Positions 57,484 to 64,000 of a stretch of 64,000 nucleotides of DNA are shown piece by piece. The position numbers were made by a program, and so were the translations under genes. How positions within the stretch are numbered: the first letter of the stretch is position 1; every line of letters starts with the position of its first letter. The notes under the pieces were generated by a model. It was given only the letters and a program-made list of their open reading frames with translations, ran no database searches and was not told the origin of the DNA. Source of the stretch: Longimicrobiales bacterium (lineage in GTDB: Bacteria; Gemmatimonadota; Gemmatimonadetes; Longimicrobiales; Gaopeijiaceae). Location: contig OZ242008.1 in NCBI GenBank assembly GCA_965204735.1, positions 128,001-192,000 of the forward strand, given 5' to 3'.

Positions 57484-57573
57484 GGCTGTACTCGCTACAC
57501 CTAGGCGGGGCTCGGACCTAGCCTGCTGCTGGGGCTCGGGGCCAGCTCGCGCCGGAGAATCGAGCAAAGAAAG

Positions 57574-58467
57574 ATGGCAAGAAAGACTCGAGGCAAGAAG
57601 GGGCGGACCAACCCCCTCACGGGCTTCGACTCCAGCCTGGACGAGCAGACCGCGCTGGACCAGTATCTGAGGGACGTGAGCCGCCACGAGCTGATCACCC
57701 CCGAGGAGGAGAAGCGGCTGGGGGCCATGGCCCAGGAAGGCGACGAGGAGGCCATCCAGGCTCTCGCGAAGGCCAACCTGCGCTTCGTGATCAGCGTGGC
57801 CAAGAAGTACCAGAACCGAGGCGTCTCCCTCACGGACCTGATCCAGGAGGGGAACGTGGGACTGGTGACCGCGGCCCGGAAGTTCGACCCGGAGCAGGGG
57901 GTCAAGTTCATCAGCTATGCCGTGTGGTGGATCCGGCAGGCCATCCTGGCTTCGCTGGCCAACCAGGGGCGTCCTGTTCGGGTGCCCCTCAACCGGGCCT
58001 CGGACCTGGCGCGGATATTCCGGGAGAAGGAGCGCCTGAAGCAGGAGCTGGGCCGCGAGCCCACGAGCTACGAGCTGGGGCGGGCGGCTCGCCTGACGCC
58101 CGAGCTGGTGGAGTCGCTTCAGACGCTCAACGCGGCGGAGATCCGCCTGGACGCCCCCATCGGCGACAGCGAGGACTCCCAGCTGGTGGAGCGCTTCATC
58201 ACCGAGGAGGCGCCCGAGCCGGAGGTGGAGGTGGAGAACCGTCTTCTCCACGAGGCGATCAGCAAGGCGCTGGGCAACCTGGAGGACCGGGACGCCGAGG
58301 TGCTGAAGATGTACTTCGGCCTCGAAGGGGAGCGGGAGCACACGCTGGAGGAGATCGGCAACCACCTGGGCGTCACCCGGGAGCGGATCCGTCAGCTGCG
58401 CGACCGGGCGCTGCGGCGCTTGGCCGAGGGAGATTGCGGAGAGGCCCTGCGCTCCTTCGCAGCCTGA
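57574..58467 (+). CDS. RNA polymerase sigma-70 factor, RpoD/SigA family
   Basis: ANLRFVISVAKKYQNRG, DLIQEGNVGL, YAVWWIRQ, TLEEIG..LGVTRERIRQ. Confidence 0.95.
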   Translation: MARKTRGKKGRTNPLTGFDSSLDEQTALDQYLRDVSRHELITPEEEKRLGAMAQEGDEEAIQALAKANLRFVISVAKKYQNRGVSLTDLIQEGNVGLVTAARKFDPEQGVKFISYAVWWIRQAILASLANQGRPVRVPLNRASDLARIFREKERLKQELGREPTSYELGRAARLTPELVESLQTLNAAEIRLDAPIGDSEDSQLVERFITEEAPEPEVEVENRLLHEAISKALGNLEDRDAEVLKMYFGLEGEREHTLEEIGNHLGVTRERIRQLRDRALRRLAEGDCGEALRSFAA

Positions 58468-58570
58468 CGTGCCGTCGGGCGGGGCCGTCGGTGGGACGGC
58501 TCCCCCGGCGTTCCGTCGCGTCTGCGAACGCCCCCCGGTCGAGACTCGGCGCGCTCCGCAACGAAGGGCG

Positions 58571-59485
58571 ATGACGCCGGGCCGCGTGCTGGAGGCGGTC
58601 GGCGGCGCCTACACGGTGGCGGCGCCCGACGGAACCGTCACCGCGTCCATCAGGGGCCGGATCAAGCACGTCGGCGGCGCGGAGGACAAGGTGGTGGTCG
58701 GCGACCGGGTCGGCGTGCGGCTCGATTCCGGGGGCTGGGTGATCGAGGAAGTGCGGCCCAGGCGTTCGGCGCTGATCCGCTGGTCCGCCGACGGCCGCGT
58801 GGCCAAGGTGATGGCGGCCAACCTGGACCGCCTGCTGGTGGTCGCGTCGGTCAAGGACCCCAAGCCCTCCCGAGAGGTCCTCGACAGGATGCTGGTCATG
58901 GGCGAGTCGGGGAGGCTGGCCGTCGTCCTCGTGCTGACGAAGACCGACCTGCCCGGCACCGGCCGTCGCCGGCGGTCGCTGGAGGACTTCTATGAAAGCG
59001 TTGGCTACCGGGTGCTCTCGACTTCGGCGACGACCGGGGAAGGGATGGAAGCGTTCGACCGGCTGGTGCGCTCCGGGGCGTCGGCGCTGGCCGGGCCTTC
59101 AGGCGTAGGCAAGTCCTCCCTCCTCAACTGGGTCGAGCCCTCGCTCTCGCTTCGCACGTTGACCGTGGGGAGACGCTCCCGGGCCGGCCGCCACGCCACC
59201 GTCTCCGGCCGCCTGGTGCCCCTGCCCGGGGGAGGATACGTGGCCGACCTGCCGGGGTTCTCGGCCGTGGGTCCCGGCTGCCCCGGCGCGGCCGGGCTCG
59301 ACCACTGCTTTCCCGACTTCCGCGCCTTCCTGGGCAAGTGCGCCTTCCGGGATTGCCGTCACCTCCAAGAGCCCGGCTGCGCCGTCGCGGCGGCCGTGGA
59401 GGACGGCCGCATCCGGAGCGCCCGTCACCGCACCTACAGGGCGATCCTGGCCGAGACCGGCGCGCCCCGACGAGGCTCGCCGTGA
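58571..59485 (+). CDS. rsgA: ribosome small subunit-dependent GTPase A
   Basis: TKTDL, GPSGVGKSSL, GRHAT, DLPG, and zinc finger CAFRDCRHLQEPGC. Confidence 0.93.
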   Translation: MTPGRVLEAVGGAYTVAAPDGTVTASIRGRIKHVGGAEDKVVVGDRVGVRLDSGGWVIEEVRPRRSALIRWSADGRVAKVMAANLDRLLVVASVKDPKPSREVLDRMLVMGESGRLAVVLVLTKTDLPGTGRRRRSLEDFYESVGYRVLSTSATTGEGMEAFDRLVRSGASALAGPSGVGKSSLLNWVEPSLSLRTLTVGRRSRAGRHATVSGRLVPLPGGGYVADLPGFSAVGPGCPGAAGLDHCFPDFRAFLGKCAFRDCRHLQEPGCAVAAAVEDGRIRSARHRTYRAILAETGAPRRGSP

Positions 59486-61773
59486 AGATCGCCCACCTCT
59501 CCGACCTGCATCTGGGCTACGGGAGCGGCCAGCGGGCCCGGGACGTGCTCCGCGCCTTCGAGGCCGCCATGGCGCGGGCGACGGCGCTGGAGCCCGACCT
59601 GGTAGTCGTTTCCGGCGACGTCTTCGACCACCCGGAGGTGGGCGCCCAGCCGATCGCCGTCTTTGCCAAGGCCGTGGCTCGGTTGCGCAGCCGTCTCCCC
59701 GGCGTGACGGTGGCCGTCGCTGCGGGCGTCCGCGACACCCCGCTGGACTCGGAGCGCCCCGGTCCGCTGGCGCTGGTCGGCGAGGTCGCGTCGGTCCAGG
59801 CGGCGTGCACCTCGGTGCTTCGCTTTCGCGTTCTCGACGGCGCGGCCAGCGTCGTCCTCGCGCCTCACCGCGCAGTTGCGGATTCGCGCCCCCTGGCCGT
59901 CGCGCCGGACCCGGAGGCCGAATGGAACGTGCTGGTCGCCTACGCCGCCGTCGCGTCGGACGCCGCTCACGCCTCGGTCGTGCCCCTGGCCGGATGGGAC
60001 TACGTGGCGCTCGGCTCCAGGCACACCCGCGCCTGCGTTGCCGAGCAGGCCCACTACGCCGGCTCCCTGGAGCGGATCGGCCCGGATCCGTGGTTGGAGG
60101 CGGCCGAGGACAAGGGCTTCATGACGTTCGACGCGGGGGCGGCGAAAGCCACGTTCTGGCGCGTCGGAGCGCGGCCCGCGATCAGCCTGGCCCCGGTCGA
60201 TGCGACGGGGCGGGGGACTGCGACCGCTGCCCGGCGCCTGGCCGAAGCGCTGGCCGCGGTGCCCGGCAAGATCGACGGCACGCTCTTGCGGATACCGGTG
60301 AAGGGACTCGCGCCCGAGGATCTTGCCGTTCTGGACCGCAAGGCGCTGGAGCCGATCCGGCGACGAGCGGCCGAGCTGCGGGTGACCGCGTTGCGCGAGG
60401 GCCCGCCCAGGCGCACGCGAACTCGGGCGTCCGCAGGCGACCGCTGCGACGTGGTCCCGAGCTTCGTTTCCCTCCAGGCGCGTGCCCTGGGCCCGGCGGC
60501 GGAGTTGGCGGACGCTCGGGGACTGGTGGCGTTCGTGGAGGACGGCGGCTCCGTTTGGAACGAATGCGTGTCCGCCTTCCGAAGCTCCCTTCCGGGCGTC
60601 CTCGACGGAGCGCGGGAGCGATCGGCGGGCGGCAGCCCGCTGCGCCAGGAGGAGTGGGCGGCCCTCTGGCTCGGCGACGGCCCGGCGGCGGCCTGGGTGT
60701 CGGCGGCGGCCACGCTGGCCTTCCCGTCGCGGGGCGGCCTTGGCGCTGCCGGAAGTGCGGGTCGGCAGGCGGCGCCCCAGCGCCTCTCACAAACGGCGAC
60801 CAGGGCGAAGCCGGTCGAAGCGGCGGAGCGGGCCGAGGCGCAGGAGGAGTGCCTTCGCGCGCTGCGGGAGGAGGAGGCCGAGGTCCGGGGGGACCTGGAG
60901 GCCGGGGTCGTGGCCTGGGTGCGGGAGCGGCAAGACGCCGAGACTCGTCTCCTGCTCTACCGGGATCGGGGACGCGAGCTGCGGACCCGACTGAAGCGGA
61001 TCGACGACGCCGGGGCGGAGGGGTCTTGCAGGAGCTGCGGCGCGACGCTGGGGGACCGGCTGGAAACGGTGGCAAGGGCGGGCAAGGAAGAGTGGGAAGG
61101 GGTGGTCCAGGACGGCCGCTGGTGGCGGCAGCGGCTGGATCAGCTGGAGCACAAGCCCGCCGAGCTCAGGGCGCTGGAGTCGCGGGCGCTGACTCTGTCC
61201 GCGGAGGCCGCCGACCTGGCCGAACAGATGGAGCGCCGAAAGCGCGTCGGGCGAACCCAAGCGTCGTCGGCCGCCGGTTCGAGTCGGGCGTCGGAGGGAG
61301 CGGCCGAAGAGGGTCTTGCCAAGGCGAGCGGCGAAGCTCTCGACGAGGTCCGCGCCCGGGTCCACGCAGAGGTCGTGGAGATCACGGGCGGGCGCTTGGC
61401 CGGCTGCTTCCCAGCCCTCTTCGATGAATGGACCAGGGGCGGCCGACGGGGCGGCGGCGACGTGTCGGCCCTGGAAGCGGCCACGCGCGTCGCCATGGCC
61501 GAACTGGCGCTGGAGGCCGGCGTGAAGCTGGGCTCGGTGATCCTTCCCGACAGCCTGGACCGTCTGCGCGACGAGGACGCGCCCCGCGCCCTGGACCGAC
61601 TTGCTCGCTTGGCCCGGCGCATTCCCCTGGTCCTCGTTGCCGCTTCCGAGCGCACGGCGTCCGCCGCGCCCGAGCGCTTCGACCTCCTCTGCCGCCCCGA
61701 GGACACCCTGGACCGCGGTCGCGTCGTCCGCCGCCAGCGTCCGGGGCTGGGCGCCGTCCGGCTTCAGCCCTAG
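59482..61773 (+). CDS. degenerate SbcD(Mre11)-SbcC(Rad50) fusion protein
   Basis: HLSDLHLG, SGDVFD and YAGSLER (SbcD-like), then coiled coil with CRSC hook and a degenerate Walker-B region. Confidence 0.7.
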   Translation: MKIAHLSDLHLGYGSGQRARDVLRAFEAAMARATALEPDLVVVSGDVFDHPEVGAQPIAVFAKAVARLRSRLPGVTVAVAAGVRDTPLDSERPGPLALVGEVASVQAACTSVLRFRVLDGAASVVLAPHRAVADSRPLAVAPDPEAEWNVLVAYAAVASDAAHASVVPLAGWDYVALGSRHTRACVAEQAHYAGSLERIGPDPWLEAAEDKGFMTFDAGAAKATFWRVGARPAISLAPVDATGRGTATAARRLAEALAAVPGKIDGTLLRIPVKGLAPEDLAVLDRKALEPIRRRAAELRVTALREGPPRRTRTRASAGDRCDVVPSFVSLQARALGPAAELADARGLVAFVEDGGSVWNECVSAFRSSLPGVLDGARERSAGGSPLRQEEWAALWLGDGPAAAWVSAAATLAFPSRGGLGAAGSAGRQAAPQRLSQTATRAKPVEAAERAEAQEECLRALREEEAEVRGDLEAGVVAWVRERQDAETRLLLYRDRGRELRTRLKRIDDAGAEGSCRSCGATLGDRLETVARAGKEEWEGVVQDGRWWRQRLDQLEHKPAELRALESRALTLSAEAADLAEQMERRKRVGRTQASSAAGSSRASEGAAEEGLAKASGEALDEVRARVHAEVVEITGGRLAGCFPALFDEWTRGGRRGGGDVSALEAATRVAMAELALEAGVKLGSVILPDSLDRLRDEDAPRALDRLARLARRIPLVLVAASERTASAAPERFDLLCRPEDTLDRGRVVRRQRPGLGAVRLQP

Positions 61774-61860
61774 CCCGCACGCCGGCGGCCGGACCCGCGC
61801 GACCAGGACGGGTCGGTGCACGAGGAGATCGTGCCGACGGGCCCGACCCGTGCGCTCGGG

Positions 61861-64000
61861 CTAGTCGTTGCCGTCCTGCGCCAAGGTCGACCACGCGGTG
61901 AAGCGCTCGCGCCACGCCTCCTGCGCCTCTTCGTCGCCCCGCTGCCCCGCGTCCCAGTACAGCCCGTAGTAGACCCAGGCGTAGTAGTTCGGGATGCCCA
62001 CCGTGGACAGGTCGGGCCAGTACTCCCACTCGTCGGGGATTCCCCCTCGATGCACGAAGACTTCCTCCGTCAGCGTCCGAGTCCGCTCCATGTCGACCCA
62101 CGGCCCCACCACGCCCGCCAAGACGGACTCGTCGGTGTTCCGCACCACGCCGGGCGCTCCCTCCGGGGACCCGGTCCACAGCCGGAACGCCAGCCCCTGC
62201 CGCACCACGTAGCGCCGGAGCCCGAAGGTGGCCGCCGCGCTGCCGCTGGACGCGAAGTACACGGGGCGGTCGCCCAGGGAGTTCGAGATCGCCGACAGAG
62301 AGAACTGGTGCCAAGGGTACATGTGCTGGCCCGGCCCGCCGGCCATCGTGGCCGTCACCGGTCCCAGGTCCACCGTCCGGTCCTCTTCCATCAGCACGTA
62401 GCTCCGGGCGACCCGGTCGACCACCTCGTCGCTCAAGTCGGATCGGAAGACGGCGCGGGTGGGCGGCCGCACGGGCTCGCGCAGCAGGATCGGCGTCTTC
62501 CCCGCGGCTCGCGCCTCCTCCGGGTCGTGAGTGTACATCGCGTCGGTGTTCTCGGCCGTGTAGGGGCGCTGGCAGAGGATCCGCGTGGGTTCGGCCTCCG
62601 GGTCCTCGCCCGGCGCGCAGGGCCGGGTCAGCTCCCGAAGCTGCTTCACGTACCAGTGGGTGTTCAGGTACGAAACGACGGCCACGGTCACGTCCCGCCG
62701 AATGCCCTCCACTTCCTGCAGGTACCACAACGGAAAGGTGTCGTTGTCGCCGTTCGTGAAGAGCAGGCCATAGGGCTCCACGCTCATCAGCAGGTTGTAG
62801 CCCCAGTCGCGGGCAGCGTAGTCGTTGCCGCGGCTGGCCCGGTCGAAGTTGAGGAACACCGGGATCAGGGCCAGCCCCAGCACCGGGGCGCCGAACGCCA
62901 GCGAGCGGCCCGACGCCCGCGCCAGCCGTTGCCAGAGGGCCGCGATGCCCGTGCCCGCCAGCAGTCCCCACACCGAGAACCCGACGACGAAGAAGTAGTC
63001 CCGCTCCCGCACCTCGTGCAGCTCCCGGTCGGGGATGGGGTTGTCGGGGATCGAGTAGCCGTACTTGAAGTTGAGGTAGTAGACCAGTCCCGCCGACAGC
63101 ACCGCGAAGAGCGACGCCAGATACGCCCAGCTCGCCTTGTCGCGTCGGTAGTGCTCCGCCATCCCGAAGAGCCCCAGGCCGATGAAGAGCGCCGTGAAGG
63201 GAAGCCGGGCCGGCCCGAAGAGCACGTCGGAGCCCGACATGCCCCGAGCCCACTGCCAATCGAAGTACTGGAACCAGTTGCGAAGCTGGGAGACCAGGGG
63301 CGCCTGTCGGGGGACGAGCGGCGGCTTGTCGTACTGCTCGCGCTTCAACGACGACGACAGCTCTTCGCAGCCGGCGTTCCCGTAGGTGACGATGGCGCCC
63401 AGCGCGTCGCCGACGCCTTCGCACGTCGGCTGGGCTTCGTTGATGACGGGCCCCAGGCCCGACCGAACCGGCAGGAAGAGGTGGATCGACAGGCCCAGGA
63501 AGACAGCCAGGGCGCCCGCCGCGTAGAGGCGGGGGTTGAGGAGCGCCTGCGGACGCACCATCAGGACGAAGAGGAGGAGCGACGGGGCCGCCAGGAACAC
63601 CATCAGGTGGTTGCCGACCGAGAGCGCCAGCACGAACACCATCAGCACCAGCAGGTTGTCGTCCTTGCCCTTGCCCAGCTTCTCCTGCCAGCGGAAGGCG
63701 AGCCACGACAGGAGCGCGATGGTGAAGAGGGAGACGGTGTAGACCTTCTCGTTGACGTTCGACTGGTTCCACACCGTGAACGCCGTGGCGCTGACCAGCA
63801 CCGCGGCGTAGGCGCCGGCCAGGCGGAAGCGCCGGTCCCGGGAGAAGTGGCGGAGCACGTGGTGGATCACGAGGAACCACAGCCCGTGGGCCAGTGCGCC
63901 CATGAAGGTCGAGAAGAGGTTGATGCGGACGGCGGTGGACAGCCCGGTGGGGCCGAGGAGAATCTCCCAGGTGCGGGCCAGGACCACGAAGAGCGGGTTT
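61861..64000 (-). CDS. DUF2723 (TMEM260-like, GT-C) membrane glycosyltransferase, 5' end outside the window
   Basis: Multiple TM helices with EKVYT, HEVRERDYFF and LFTNGDNDTFPLWYLQEVEG.R.DV. Confidence 0.85.
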   Translation of the reverse strand, partial: NPLFVVLARTWEILLGPTGLSTAVRINLFSTFMGALAHGLWFLVIHHVLRHFSRDRRFRLAGAYAAVLVSATAFTVWNQSNVNEKVYTVSLFTIALLSWLAFRWQEKLGKGKDDNLLVLMVFVLALSVGNHLMVFLAAPSLLLFVLMVRPQALLNPRLYAAGALAVFLGLSIHLFLPVRSGLGPVINEAQPTCEGVGDALGAIVTYGNAGCEELSSSLKREQYDKPPLVPRQAPLVSQLRNWFQYFDWQWARGMSGSDVLFGPARLPFTALFIGLGLFGMAEHYRRDKASWAYLASLFAVLSAGLVYYLNFKYGYSIPDNPIPDRELHEVRERDYFFVVGFSVWGLLAGTGIAALWQRLARASGRSLAFGAPVLGLALIPVFLNFDRASRGNDYAARDWGYNLLMSVEPYGLLFTNGDNDTFPLWYLQEVEGIRRDVTVAVVSYLNTHWYVKQLRELTRPCAPGEDPEAEPTRILCQRPYTAENTDAMYTHDPEEARAAGKTPILLREPVRPPTRAVFRSDLSDEVVDRVARSYVLMEEDRTVDLGPVTATMAGGPGQHMYPWHQFSLSAISNSLGDRPVYFASSGSAAATFGLRRYVVRQGLAFRLWTGSPEGAPGVVRNTDESVLAGVVGPWVDMERTRTLTEEVFVHRGGIPDEWEYWPDLSTVGIPNYYAWVYYGLYWDAGQRGDEEAQEAWRERFTAWSTLAQDGND

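Noticed and set aside
54703..58365. 1220-aa ORF as a UvrC fusion
   Set aside because: The upstream part is antisense to the HD and sigma genes; the real start is near 55911.
1..64000. tRNA, rRNA, integrase, reverse transcriptase/retron or prophage genes
   Set aside because: No recognisable signatures found by eye; tRNAscan-SE and Infernal would be needed to exclude small RNAs.

Overview
High-GC bacterial chromosomal window. Gene content (short region-1.1-less sigma-70s, short SSB, 6-bladed beta-propellers, DUF2723, GPP34-P450) suggests Gemmatimonadota, possibly host-associated; this is inference only. Positions ~1-17.5 kb are a lower-GC, heavily remodelled defence island. It holds an ApeA-like HEPN protein, IS1182 and IS3 scraps, a decayed ubiquitin-like/E2-like pair running into a Schlafen(AlbA_2)-ATPase, a Panacea-like fusion with DUF2335, and an orphan BREX-3 pglZ-brxA whose 3' segment occurs three times. 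It also holds DUF5343, two PIN toxin-antitoxin modules, a second candidate HEPN protein, two P-loop ATPases and a pRiA4b ORF3. The rest is mostly housekeeping or metabolic: cspA, polA, ssb, two sigma-70s, Omp85-like, maeB, pckA, M23 peptidase, sat/cysC, wzi, penicillin acylase, UvrC-like, HD hydrolase, rsgA and DUF2723. Small islets interrupt it, including an ABC-ATPase/TOPRIM pair and an internally deleted Type ISP RM gene with a PIN TA pair. The most unusual intact elements are a 7-gene run ending in a sulfotransferase plus a GPP34-cytochrome P450 fusion, and a single-chain SbcD-SbcC fusion that has lost its catalytic motifs but kept the zinc hook. Several genes survive only as start-plus-end skeletons. 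No rRNA, tRNA, CRISPR array or reverse transcriptase was seen. All family calls come from motif recognition by eye, not from database searches.
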